Positions 25,917 to 36,357 are shown, counted from the first letter of the stretch. The stretch: 64,000 nt of DNA from Mobula hypostoma (GCF_963921235.1 NC_086098.1:6200001-6264000); one strand, 5' to 3'. Notes: a model not told the origin generated them from the sequence alone. Translations and numbers: made by a program.

Positions 25917-26417
25917 CGTCGTCATCGTTAGGTCGCATCTGGAATTTCCAGTTGGCGGACGATTTCCCTCCACGCCTCTGACATATGGGGAAATCATGTT
26001 CGTGGCAGGTTACAGCAGCAGTTTGCCTCTGCCTTCTGCCGGGTGAGTTTAAAGAGATCACCACTTCCTGCAGTGGATGACCAGGACGTCTAAGTGCCTT
26101 GTCATGCTCTTAGCGCTCCACAAACGCCTGCGGGCCTGCCTTCTTGACTGTTGGACCATTAATTGGTCTCTTCCCCTCAATCCGCCATGACCAGACTTCA
26201 CACACTGGGACAGGCAAATGCCCTGCCTCACCGAGGGTCAAAGACGCGTCGGCTACCCTCACCTGGTTTGGCCCGTCTGCCGAGATGGTTTACCGGGGTG
26301 CGGCCGCTGCGCGTGTTCCAGCTACTTGGAGCCACAGGTGAGAGCTGCCCTGAAAAAGGACACAGCAGACCCCCCCCCGACCAGAGGTGCTACCCCTCCC
26401 TAGACACCCCATACATA
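25917..26417 (-). mobile_element. GC-rich RTE-type SINE-like element nested in the MITE
   Basis: 8-bp TSD GGCTGATT at 25909-25916 and 26418-26425; GAAGGCAGAGGCAAAC motif and (GAT/GAC)n tail on the minus strand. Confidence 0.7.
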
Positions 26418-26499
26418 GGCTGATTAAATACTTTTACCTACAAGCTGGTGTACAGGTGTACTGAATAAAGTGGCCACTAAGAGTATATTATGATAATTG

Positions 26500-26985
26500 T
26501 TGTTTTGTAGTACGGTGAAATACGTAGAAAGCATAAATTGCGATATGAAATATATTTTAAAAATTAAATTAAGTAAGTGGTGCCAAAAGAGAACAAAAAA
26601 AGTGAAATGCATGGGTGCAATGTTCATTCAGAAGTCTGATGGCAGAGGGGAAGAAGCTGTTTCTAAAACATTGAGTGTATGTCTTCAGGCTCCTGTACTT
26701 CCCCCTTAATGATGACATGTCCTGGGTGATGGATGTCCTTAAAAATAGATGCCACCTTTTCGAGGCATCACCTTTTGAAGATGTTCTCAATTCTGGGGAG
26801 GCCAGTGTCCATGATGGAGCTGACTGAGTTTACAACTTTATGCAGCTTTTTCTGATCCTGTGTGTACGAGACAGTAATGCAACTAGTTGGAATGCCCTCC
26901 ATGGTACTTTGGTAGAAATTCGCAGGAGTCTTTGGTGTCATACCAAGTGTCCTCAAACTCATAATGAAGTATAGCCAGACATGTG
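26500..26985 (-). mobile_element. Rex1/Babar 3' fragment
   Basis: WLYFIMSLRTLGM..; QCFRNSFFPSAIRLLN. Confidence 0.8.
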
Positions 26986-27767
26986 GTCTGAACAACTGAA
27001 TTGTTTTACCATGTCTACGTGCTTTTATTGCATTCAGTTGCTGCTACATGATGGCCTGATAAGATATTTGCATTAATGAGCAGTTGTGCATATGTACCTA
27101 ATGAAGTGGCCACTGAATGTATTTTGGAATTTCTGCATAACTTAAGTGTAATAAATTCATAGCAGTCCAAAAGTAACACAAAATTATATTCAACACAGAA
27201 AGAAACTCGGCATGATGAAGCTATTCTATCTCACACCTGAGGAATGCCTTTTTAAAGTACAAAGGCAATTTAACATACTAGTGGGATTATCACACATTCT
27301 GACTACTCATTAGCATCAATTAATCCTGTTTCAACCAGGAATAAAGGGGTCTTGTCATTTGGAACAAGAAGCAGGAAGTAGCCGTCTGTTTGTAACATAC
27401 AGAATTCTTAAGAAGCTTAACAGGGTAGTTCCAAGGTAGGTGTTTTCTCTGAGTGTCTCAAAACAAGGGGTCAATCTTTCATGACTGAGATGAGAAGATA
27501 TTTCTTCACCCAGAGAGTAACAAACCTTTGGAATTTGTGATGAAAGAGTGACATGGAGGAAAACCCAATCCTCTGACTCAGAGGTGAAGGACGCTGCCAA
27601 TCAGCACTGGGATAACATATCATCTTTTACAACTCTCTTAAAAAAACACTGTATTTAATCTCTCAACATATTCTTACAACAAAACCCTAAAATTGTAGAT
27701 CTGACCATTATGAACAGAGAGAAAAAAAGTCTTTACATGGGTGCAACATTAGCACAATTGACCCCAG

Positions 27768-27834
27768 GACAGCATGGTAGCCTGGTGCTCATCGCAACAC
27801 TTTACGGTACCAGTGACATGGGTTCAATTCCTCT
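27768..27834 (+). mobile_element. HE1/V-SINE tRNA-derived head (body displaced to 30593-30815)
   Basis: GCATGGTAGC..TTTACGGTACCAGTGACATGGGTTCAATTC, as in the heads at 39274-39575. Confidence 0.8.
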
Positions 27835-27898
27835 AACAACACACATCAAAGTTGCTGGTGAACGCAGCAGGCCAAGCAGCATCTGTAGGAAGAGGCGC

Positions 27899-27934
27899 AG
27901 TCGACGTTTCAGGCGGAGACCCTTCGTCAGGACT
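27899..27934 (-). ncRNA. Minimal type-I hammerhead ribozyme motif, intact core
   Basis: Minus strand reads AGTC-CTGACGA-AGGGTCTCCGCCT-GAAACGTC-GACT. Confidence 0.85.
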
Positions 27935-28226
27935 AACTGAAGGAAGAGTGAGTAAGGGATTTGAAAGTGGGAGGGGGAGGGGGAGATCCAAAATGATAGG
28001 AGAAGTCAGGAGGGGGAGGGATGGAGCCAAGAGCTGGACAGGTGATTGGCAAAGGGGATATGAAAGGATCATGGGACAGGAGATCCGGGAAGAAAGAAAA
28101 GTGGGGGGGAACCCAGAGGATGGGCAAGAGGTATATTCAGAGGGACAGAGGGAGAAAAAGGAGAGTGAGAGAAAGAATGTGTGCATAAAAACAAGTAACA
28201 GATGGGGTACGAGGGGGATGTGGGGC

Positions 28227-28688
28227 CTAGCGGAAGTTAGAGAAGTCGATGTTCATGCCATCAGGTCGGAGGCTACCCAGACGGAATATAAGGTGTTGTT
28301 CCTCCAACCCGAGTGTGGCTTCGTCTTTACAGTAGAGGAGGCCGTGGATAGACATGTCAGAATGGGAATGGGATGTAGAATTAAAATGTGTGGCCACTGG
28401 GAGATCCTGCTTTCTCTGGCGGACAGAGCGTAGATGTTCAGCAAAGCGGTCTCCCAGCCTGCGTCAGGTCTCACCAATATATAAAAGGCCACATCGGGAG
28501 CACCGGACGCAGTATATCACCCCAGTCGACTCACAGGTGAAGTGTTGCCTCACCTGGAAGGACTGTTTGGGGCCCTGAATGGTGGTAAGGGAGGAAGTGT
28601 AAGGGCATGTGTAGCACTTGTTCCGCTTACACGGATAAGTGCCAGGAGGGAGATCAGTGGGGAGGGAAGGGGGGGGACGAATGGACAA
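28227..28688 (-). pseudogene. Penelope GIY-YIG endonuclease domain (out of frame with RT, one internal TGA)
   Basis: PCKRNKCYTC..GVIYCVRCSRCGLLYIGET*RRLGDRFAEH..VATHFN..GMNIDFSNFR*; TGA at 28464-28466; frame change near the G8 run at 28669-28676. Confidence 0.9.
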
Positions 28689-30825
28689 GGGAGTTGTGTA
28701 GGGAGCGATCCCTGCGGAATGCAGAGAGAGGGGGGAAGGGAAAGATGTGCTTAGTGGTGGGATCCCGTTGGAGGTGGCGGAAGTTACGGAGAATAATATG
28801 TTGGACCCGGAGGCTGGTGGGGTGGTAGGTGAGGATCAGGGGAACCCTATTCCTAGTGGGGTGGCGGGAGGATGGAGTGAGAGCAGATGTACGTGAAATG
28901 GGGGAGATGCGTTTAACAGCAGAGTTGATAGTGGAGGAAGGGAAGCCCCTTTCTCTAAAAAAGGAGGACATCTCCCTCGTCCTAGAATGAAAAGCCTCAT
29001 CCTGAGAGCAGATGCGACGGAGACGGAGGAATTGCGAGAAGGGGATGGCGTTTTTGCAAGAGACAGGGTGAGAAGAGGAATAGTCCAGATAGCTGTGAGA
29101 GTCAGTAGGCTTATAGTAGACATCAGTGGATAAACTGTCTCCAGAGACAGAGACAGAGACAGAAAGATCTAGAAATGGGAGGGAGGTGTCGGAAATGGAC
29201 CAGGTAAACTTGAGGGCAGGGTGAAAGTTGGAGGCAAAGTTAATAGAGTCAACGAGCTCTGCATGCGTGCAGTAAGCAGCGCCAATGCAGTCGTCGATGT
29301 AGCGAAGGAAAAGTGGGGGACAGATACCAGAATAGGCACGGAACATAGATTGTTCCACAAACCCAACAAAAAGGCAGGCATAGCTAGGACCCATACGAGT
29401 GCCCATAGCTACACCTTTAGTTTGGAGGAAGTGGGAGGAGCCAAAGGAGAAATTATTAAGAGTAAGGACTAATTCCGCTAGACGGAGCAGAGTGGTGGTA
29501 GAGGGGAACTGATTAGGTCTGGAATCCAAAAAGAAGCGTAGAGCTTTGAGACCTTCCTGATGGGGGATGGAAGTATATAAGGACTGGACATCCATGGTGA
29601 AAATAAAGCGGTGGGGGCCAGGGAACTTAAAATCATCGAAAAGTTTAAGAGCGTGAGAAGTGTCACGAACATAGGTCGGAAGGGATTGAACAAGGGGTGA
29701 TAAAACAGTGTCGAGATATGCAGAAATGAGTTCGGTGGGGCAGGAGCAAGCTGAGACAATAGGTCGGCCAGGACAGGCAGGTTTGTGGATCTTGGGTAGG
29801 AGGTAGAAACGGGAAGTGCGGGGTGTGGGAACTATAAGGTTGGTAGCAATGGATGGGAGATCCCCTGAGCAGATAAAGTCGGTGATGATGTGGGAGACAA
29901 TGGCCTGGTGCTCCTTAGTGGGGTCACGATCGAGGGGTAAATAAGAGGAGGTATCCGTGAGTTGTCGCTGTGCCTCGGCAAGGTAGAGGTCAGTACGCCA
30001 GACTACAACAGCACCCCCCTTATCGGCGGGTTTAATAATAAGGTTAGGATTAGTGCGGAGGGAGTGGAGAGCAGAGCGTTCCGAAGGAGTGAGGTTGGAA
30101 TGGGGACAAGGTGTGGTGAAGTCGAGACGGTTGATGTCCCGTCGGCAGTAAGCGATAAAGGGATCCAGAGCAGGCAGAAGACCAGAGCGGGATGTCCATG
30201 TAGAAGAGGAGGGTTGAAGGCGGGAGAAGGGGTCATCGGTGGGGGTGGAAGAGTCCTTGCCAAAGAAGTAGGCTCGGAGACGGAGACGGTGGAAGAAAAG
30301 TTCCACATCGTGGTGAACACGGAACTCGCTGAGGTGTGGGCGAAGGGGGACAAAGGTGAGGCCCTTACTGAGAACAGAGCGTTCTGCCTCCGACACTTGA
30401 AGGTCGGAGGGGATGGTAAAGACCTGGCACGGATGAGAGCTGGGATCAGAGGGGGGAGGGGGGAGGCTGGGGGTGTCAATGGAGAGGGGAGGGTTGGGGT
30501 GAGAGGAAGATGGAGCCTCTGAGGGCCCAGGAGTTGACGGTGGGATCTGAGGAAGACGGGGCTGCAAAGTGGTGGTGGGGGAAGGGGAGACGCAATTCCT
30601 CTTGCTGCCTGTGAGGTGTTTGTACGTTCTCCCCAAGACTGCATGTGTTTCCTCCGGGTGCTCTGGTTTCCTCCCACATTCCCAGAAGTACCAGTTTGTA
30701 GGTTGATTAGTCATTGTAAGTTGTCCTGTGATTAGGCTAGGGTTCAATTGGGGGTTACTGGTGGTGTGGTTTGAAGAGCTGGAAGGACCTATATCTCTAA
30801 ATAAAATAAAAACATCAAAGCACAT
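28654..30825 (-). CDS. Penelope-type reverse transcriptase ORF (723 aa; first ~77 codons are flank and antisense SINE)
   Basis: VLSKGLTFVP, IIKPADKGGAVVV, FYLLPKIHK..GRPIVS, MDVQSLYTSIP, GVAMGTRMGPSYA, RYIDD, LPFLD, YYKPTD. Confidence 0.9.
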   Translation of the reverse strand: MCFDVFILFRDIGPSSSSNHTTSNPQLNPSLITGQLTMTNQPTNWYFWECGRKPEHPEETHAVLGRTYKHLTGSKRNCVSPSPTTTLQPRLPQIPPSTPGPSEAPSSSHPNPPLSIDTPSLPPPPSDPSSHPCQVFTIPSDLQVSEAERSVLSKGLTFVPLRPHLSEFRVHHDVELFFHRLRLRAYFFGKDSSTPTDDPFSRLQPSSSTWTSRSGLLPALDPFIAYCRRDINRLDFTTPCPHSNLTPSERSALHSLRTNPNLIIKPADKGGAVVVWRTDLYLAEAQRQLTDTSSYLPLDRDPTKEHQAIVSHIITDFICSGDLPSIATNLIVPTPRTSRFYLLPKIHKPACPGRPIVSACSCPTELISAYLDTVLSPLVQSLPTYVRDTSHALKLFDDFKFPGPHRFIFTMDVQSLYTSIPHQEGLKALRFFLDSRPNQFPSTTTLLRLAELVLTLNNFSFGSSHFLQTKGVAMGTRMGPSYACLFVGFVEQSMFRAYSGICPPLFLRYIDDCIGAAYCTHAELVDSINFASNFHPALKFTWSISDTSLPFLDLSVSVSVSGDSLSTDVYYKPTDSHSYLDYSSSHPVSCKNAIPFSQFLRLRRICSQDEAFHSRTREMSSFFRERGFPSSTINSAVKRISPISRTSALTPSSRHPTRNRVPLILTYHPTSLRVQHIILRNFRHLQRDPTTKHIFPFPPLSAFRRDRSLHNSLVHSSPPFPPH
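30593..30815 (+). mobile_element. HE1/V-SINE body and A-rich tail
   Basis: V-domain TTTCCTCCGGGTGCTCTGGTTTCCTCCCACA. Confidence 0.85.
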
Positions 30826-31439
30826 GTTTTATTTTTCCCATCAATTTTTTGAAAGTTGATGTCCATTTGTTTTGTTAAAGAATTCTTCATGTTTCATTAT
30901 CTATTGACACATTAAAATCCACACCCTCCTGTTAATGGGGCCAATAATGAATGCCAATAGATGATTTACAAGGTAATCATGTGGCTCATAAGGTATCAAA
31001 TGTCATCATCAAATGATCTAGTGGACACTTCTGAAGCAAGGACATCTCAATCATTGTCCTTCACAAATACTGTCTCCAATCACTGTCAACAATCATTTTG
31101 GTTGCGGACTTACTGAGGACTTTTCTGTTAAACCTCCGGGATTTCTTTAAGAATTGCAAAAGCTGTTCCAATGAAGAGCAATAGGTCATTTGTCCATTGT
31201 TAAAATTGTGGTGTGTGTTTAAGCATTTCTCTGTTTGCTCGTGTGTTTATCTTGGTAACCTTTAACCGGGAGATTCATGGTGTGACAGCTTCTCAACAAT
31301 GTCACATTGACACTCAGCATTCAGTTTATCAACCTGAGGGCTCTATGTTAATGTGCTGCTTTGTAAATAACCCACAGGCTCGTTGAACATAAATATGCTC
31401 GGCTACCATGCATCCTTGAAGGTATTTCAGAAGTTTAAT

Positions 31440-31860
31440 TCCAATCTGATGGCATGAGAACATCGGTTTCTCAAACTTCCAGTAATTACCCCCACCCCCA
31501 CTTCACTATTCCCCATCCTTGTTTCCCTTTCTCACCTGATCTCCTTACCAGCCCATCACCTCATCCTCCTTCCCTTTATTCCATGCTCTTCTATCCTCTC
31601 TTTTCAGATTCCTCCTTCTCCAGCCCTTTATCTCCTTCAGCTATCGGCTTCCCAGCTCTTTACTTCACCCCTCCCCTCTCCTGGATACACCTTGTAATTC
31701 ACCTCCCCTCTTCCCATCTTCTTAGACTGACCCCTTCCCCCTTTCTTTCCATTCTAGCCTGAAACGACTGTTTACTCTTTTTCATAGATGCTGCCTGAGT
31801 TCCTCCAGATTTGTGTGTGTGTTGCTTTCGAGTTCCAGCATCTGCAGATTTTCTCATAGT
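31440..31860 (+). mobile_element. Penelope 3' tail, hammerhead largely deleted
   Basis: GGCATGAGAACATCG..AACTTCCAGTAA, pyrimidine tract, TTCCAGCATCTGCAGATT end. Confidence 0.75.
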
Positions 31861-31869
31861 TATAATTCC

Positions 31870-32180
31870 TATTCGTTTATTTCTTTCTTTATTTGTTTGT
31901 TCGTTTGTTTGTTTATTGAGCTACACGCAGAACAGGCCTTTCCAGCCCTTCAAGTCACACCGCCCAGCAATCGCCAGACTTAATCCTAGTTTAATCACAG
32001 GATCATTCACAATAACCAATTAACCTACCAACCGGTACATCTTTGGACTGTGGGAGGAAACCAGAGCACCTGCAGGAAACCCACGTGGTCACAGGAAGAA
32101 CATACAAACTCTACAGACAGCAGTAGGAATGGAACCCTGGTTAACTACACTGTAGAGAGTCGTGCTACTCTGCCGCCCCT
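31870..32180 (-). mobile_element. HE1/V-SINE
   Basis: Reverse V-domain GTGGGAGGAAACCAGAGCACC..GGAAACCCAC. Confidence 0.8.
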
Positions 32181-32371
32181 TAAGAAGTTAAGAAGGAAAA
32201 ACTCCTCAGCTGTCAAGATTGCAGTATTTAATACTGTATCTGCAGTTCTAAAAGAAAGATTTCTCTGCAAGCTGGATAATCTCATTGTTCGGTGCAGGTG
32301 AAATAATTGCATTAAACTGACTTTATTCTCAATTTTTATGTGATTTGTGAAAAGTAACCCTGCAAAACCTC

Positions 32372-33080
32372 CACTTGGAGTTCTGGACGCCTCACTACAG
32401 GAAGCATGTGGATGCTATAGAGAGAGTGCAGAGGAGATTTACAAACATGTTGCCTGGATTGGAGTGAGTATTTTATGAGAATAGGTTGAGTGAACTTGGC
32501 CTTTTCTCCTTGGAGCGACGGAGGATGAGAGGTGAGCTGATAGAGGTGTATAAAATGATGAGAAGCATTGATCGTGTGGATAGCCAGAGGCTTTTTCCCA
32601 GGGATGAATGGGTTAATACGAGGGGGCATAGTTTTAAGGTGCTTGGAAATAGGTACCGAGGGGATGTCAAGGGTAAGTTTTTTCACACAGAGAGTGGTGG
32701 GTGCATAGAATACACTGTCTGCGGCCGTGATGTTACCGAACACAATAGGGTCTTTTAAGAGCCTCTTAGATAGGTACGTGGAGCTCAGGAAAATAGAGGG
32801 CTGTTCGGTTGGGAAATTCTAGGCAGTTTCTAGAGTAGGTTACATGGTTGGCACAACAATGTAGGCCGAAGGGCCTGTAATGCGCTGTAGATTTCTATGT
32901 TCTATGTTCTAAAACAAGATTGAAAGAGTGCAGAGGCAATTTACAAGGAAGTTCCTGGGAGCTGAGAATCCAAGTATCCGTGAAAGGTTAAATTGGTTTG
33001 GACTTTATTCCCTGGAGCATGGGAGAATGAGGGGAGATTTGTTAGAGATACACAAAATTATGAGTGGTATCGATGTCACA
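32372..33080 (+). mobile_element. Two CR1 3' fragments
   Basis: LGLFSLERRRMRGELIEVYK; tail at about 32890-32910. Confidence 0.85.
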
Positions 33081-33133
33081 AACTCCACCATGGACAATCC
33101 CAAGCCCGGCTGCGAAAGGAGGAGAGTTTGGCA
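33081..33133 (+). ncRNA. Degenerate twister ribozyme (3' cleavage product)
   Basis: AA-CTCC-ACC-ATG-GACAA-TCCCAAGC-CCGG-CTGCGAAA-GGAG-GAGAG-TT versus the twister pattern UAA-P2-GCC..CCGG-UCCCAAGC-CCGG..AAA-P2'-GAGGG; P2 CTCC/GGAG pairs. Confidence 0.65.
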
Positions 33134-33305
33134 TGAGGCCAACAACTCCATCTCCTAAAAACCCAGAGCTACAGAGATGTCATCAGAAGCTCCCTGGGAG
33201 GAGAAGGTTACTCCAAGAAAATGGACTGCAGCTGGAAACAACGTGAAAGAATGACCCAGGATTGAACACTCTGGTGAGCTGTTGTCAGCAGCCTGTACTC
33301 CAGTG
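33081..33305 (+). mobile_element. Short non-autonomous RTE-derived element
   Basis: 5' twister-like motif followed by ..AACTCCATCTCCTAAAAAC; 3' CCCAGGA..CTCTGGTGAGCTGTTGTCAGCAGCCTGTACTCCAGTG resembles RTE ORF ends and the tail at 39015-39060. Confidence 0.65.
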
Positions 33306-33818
33306 AGCTATCAGCAGCCTGTACTCCTCTAGAGCTGTCAGCAGCCTGTACTCCAGTACGGCTGTCAGCAGCCTGTACTCCTCTAGAGCTGTCAGCAGCT
33401 TGTACTCCAGTAGAGCTGTCAGCAGCCTGTACTCCAGTAGGGGTGACAGCAGCCTGTACTCCAGTAGAGCTGTCAGCAGCCTGTACTCCTCTAGAGCTGT
33501 CAGCAGCCTGTACTCCAGTAGAGCTGTCAGCAGCCTGTACTCCAGTAGAGCTGTCAGCAGCCTGTACTCCAGTAGGGGTGACAGCAGCCTGTACTCCAGC
33601 AGAGCTATCAGCAGCCTGTACTCCTCTAGAGCTGTCAGCAGCCTGTACTCCAATAGAGCTGACAGCAGCCTGTACTCCAGTAGGGGTGACGGCAGCCTAT
33701 ACTCCAGTACAGCTGTCGGTAGCCTACAATCCAGTATGGGTGACACCATCCTTTACTCCAGTAGAGCTGTCAGCAGCCTATACTCCTGTAGAGCTGATAG
33801 CAGCCTATACACCAGTAG
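33278..33818. repeat. 27-bp minisatellite, about 20 copies (about 2.5 more at 34537-34605)
   Basis: Unit GCTGTCAGCAGCCTGTACTCCAGTAGA; gives 9-aa repeat ORFs. Confidence 0.95.
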
Positions 33819-33852
33819 TCATAGTCATAGTCATAGTCATACGTTACTGCTA

Positions 33853-34538
33853 TCATGCAGGTACAGCAGGCGGTGAAAAAGGCGAATGGTGTGCTGGCAT
33901 TCATAGCAAGAGGATTCGAGTACAGGAGCAGGGAGGTACTACTGCAGTTGTACAAGGCCTTGGTGAGACCACACCTGGAGTATTGTGTGCAGTTTTGGTC
34001 CCCTAATCTGAGGAAAGACATCCTTGCCATAGAGGGAGTACAAAGAATGTTCACCAGATTGATTCTTGGGATGGCAGGATTTTCATATGATGAAAGACTG
34101 GATCGACTAGGTTTCTACTCTCTGGAATTTAGAAGATTGAGGGGGGATCTTATTGAAACGTATAAAATTCTAAAGGGATTGGACAGGCTAGATGTAGGAA
34201 GAGTGTTCCCGATGTTGGGGAAGTCCAGAACGAGGGGTCACAGTTTGAGGATAAAGGGAAAGCCTTTTAGGACCGAGATGAGGAAAAACTTCTTCACACA
34301 GAGATTGGTGAATCTGTGGAATTCTCTGCCACAGGAAACAGTTGAGACCAGTTCATTGGCTATATTTAAGAGGGAGTTAGATATGGCCCTTGTGGCTAAA
34401 GGGATCAGGGGGTATGGAGAGAAGGCAGGTATAGGGGTCTGAGTTGGATGATCAGCCGTGATCATACTGAATGGCGGTGCAGGCTCGAAGGGCCGAATGG
34501 CCTACTCCTGCACCTATTTTCTATGTTTCTATGTTTCT
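33853..34538 (+). mobile_element. Young CR1 3' end inserted within the minisatellite, preceded by (GTCATA)n
   Basis: Uninterrupted 195-aa ORF containing LYKALVRPHLEYCVQFWSP; (CTATGTTT)n tail. Confidence 0.92.
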
Positions 34539-34602
34539 ATACTCCTCTAGACCTGTCAGCAGCCTATACTACAGTAGAGCTGATGGCAGCCTATACTCCA
34601 GT

Positions 34603-35470
34603 AGCCAAAAAAATTCTATTTTAACTTCATCAGTCCACAGGACTTGTTTCCAAAATGCATCAGGTTTGTTTAGATGTTCCTTTGCAAACTTCTGACCCTG
34701 AATTTTGTCCACAATGAGCAAAGGTATGTTTGGAGAAGAAAAGGTGCAGCATTTCATGAAAAAAAATCTCTCCAACTGTTAAGCACGGGGGTGGATTGAT
34801 CATGCTTTGGATTTGTGTTGCAGCCAGTGGCATGGGGAACATTTCATAGGCAGAGGGAAGAATGAATTCAATTAAATACTGGCCAGTTCTGGAAGCAAAC
34901 ATCATACTGTCTGTAAAAAAGCTGACGATGAAAAGAGGAATGTTTCTACAACAGGATAATGATCCTAAACACACCTCAAAATCCACAATGTACTACTTCA
35001 ACGAGTGCAAACTGAAGATTTTGCCATGGCCCTCAGAGTCCCCCAACCTAAAGATAGTTGAAAATCTGTGGATAGACCTCAAGAGAGCCGTGCATGCAAG
35101 ATGGCTGAAGAATCTCACAGAACTAGAAGCCTTTTGCAAGGAAGAATGTGCCAAAATCCCCCCAAAGAAGAATTGAAAGACTCTAAACTGGCTACAAAAG
35201 GCGTTTACAAGTTGTGATACTTGCCAAAGGGGGGTGTTACTAAGTACTGACCATGCAGAGTGCCCAAACTTTTGCTTCGGGCCCTTTTCCTTTTTTGTTA
35301 TTTTGAAACTATAAAAGATGGAAATAAAAAAAGTAATCTTGTTTAAAATATTAAACAAATGTGTCGGCTTTAACTTTATGCCTTTTGGAAATCAGATTAT
35401 CTTTTACTCGCATAGCTATTCACAGTAACAGAAATTTTGACCGAGGTGCCCAAACTTTTGCATACCGCTG
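34603..35470 (+). mobile_element. Tc1-family DNA transposon right half (IR/DR type), transposase pseudogene with local inversion
   Basis: PTVKHGGG, QQDNDPKHTS, WPSESPNLKIVENLW on plus; VLWTDEVKIE on minus (about 34603-34697); DR GTGCCCAAACTTTTGC near 35260 and 35446; ends CTG|TA. Confidence 0.9.
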
Positions 35471-35669
35471 TATATGTTCTTTGTTTTTTTTAACTGCACA
35501 ATTCGTTGTCTTTTGCATATTGGTTGTTTGTCTGCCCTGTTGGGTTTGGTATTTCATTGATTCTATTGTGTTCCTTTGATTTACTGTGTATACACACAGG
35601 AAAGCAAATCCCAGGGTTGTATACACTGTATGTACGTCGACAATAAATTTAATTTGAACTTTGAACTTG

Positions 35670-35995
35670 TATGGATGGGGTAAATGAAGTCAATCTTTTT
35701 CCACTGAGGTTGGGTGGGACTACAACTAGAGATGGTAGGTTAAAGGTGAAAGGAGAAATGTTTAAGAGGAACGTGAGGGAAAACTTCTTCACACAGAGGG
35801 TGGTGAGAGTATGCCAGTGGAAGAAGAAGATGCAAGTTCGATTTCCACATTTAAGAGAAGGTTTGGATATGTACATGGATGAGAAGGGTATGCAGGGCTA
35901 TGGTCCTGGTTCCAGTTGATGGGACTAGGCAGATTAATAATTTGGCACAGACTAGAAGGTCTGAATGGCCTATTTCTGTGCAGTATGACTCTAAC
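35670..35995 (+). mobile_element. CR1 3' end fragment
   Basis: LKVKGEMFKRNVRENFFTQRVVRV. Confidence 0.8.
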
Positions 35996-36357
35996 AATTG
36001 TAAATCACCATTTTGTCAAATCAATCAATGTTAAAAAAAAAGTATGTACGTTAATAGTTAATTTTCACCATTACTTCCCACGTTCAGACTTGGAAATTTC
36101 TTATGTGGAATTGTTAAAGCCCAATTGGATCTGGGTAATTGATGTTTTTTTTAACTTGAATTTAATTGTGCTCCACAAAAAATATTACATCATAGAATCA
36201 ACAGTGGAACATTCCTGCTGAGTATTTTGTGTTGTTCCCTTGATAATTCAGTTGTTCAAACACTGTTTGAGTTTATAGAAAAGGCACTTTTTGAAATAAT
36301 TCCCAGTAATGGAACAAAGTACTTCATTGTTAAACAACATTGAAATCATGTTCACTA

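Larger units (their letters stand above)
25405..27120. mobile_element. Non-autonomous Tc1/mariner-like (MITE) element disrupted by nested insertions
   Basis: Terminal inverted repeat (TIR) CACTCAGTGGCCACTTTATTAG at 25405; complements near 26460-26485 and 27098-27120; body homologous to 36358-36900. Confidence 0.75.
27835..30592 (-). mobile_element. Young 5'-truncated Penelope-like retroelement (RT + GIY-YIG + hammerhead tail)
   Basis: Perfect 10-bp TSD CAATTCCTCT at 27825-27834 and 30593-30602; RT and GIY-YIG motifs. Confidence 0.95.

Noticed and set aside
27852..30677. Plus-strand and alternative-frame ORFs over the Penelope element
   Set aside because: Antisense or shadow frames of a GC-rich RT region.
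31114..31200. Minus-strand exon ending at a GTAAGT donor (MTYCSSLEQLLQFLKKSRRFNRKVL)
   Set aside because: No recognisable protein similarity and only a mediocre acceptor; such sites arise by chance.
33278..33818. CRISPR-like array or repeat protein gene
   Set aside because: Units are contiguous with no unique spacers; the ORFs stay open only because the unit is 27 bp with few stops.
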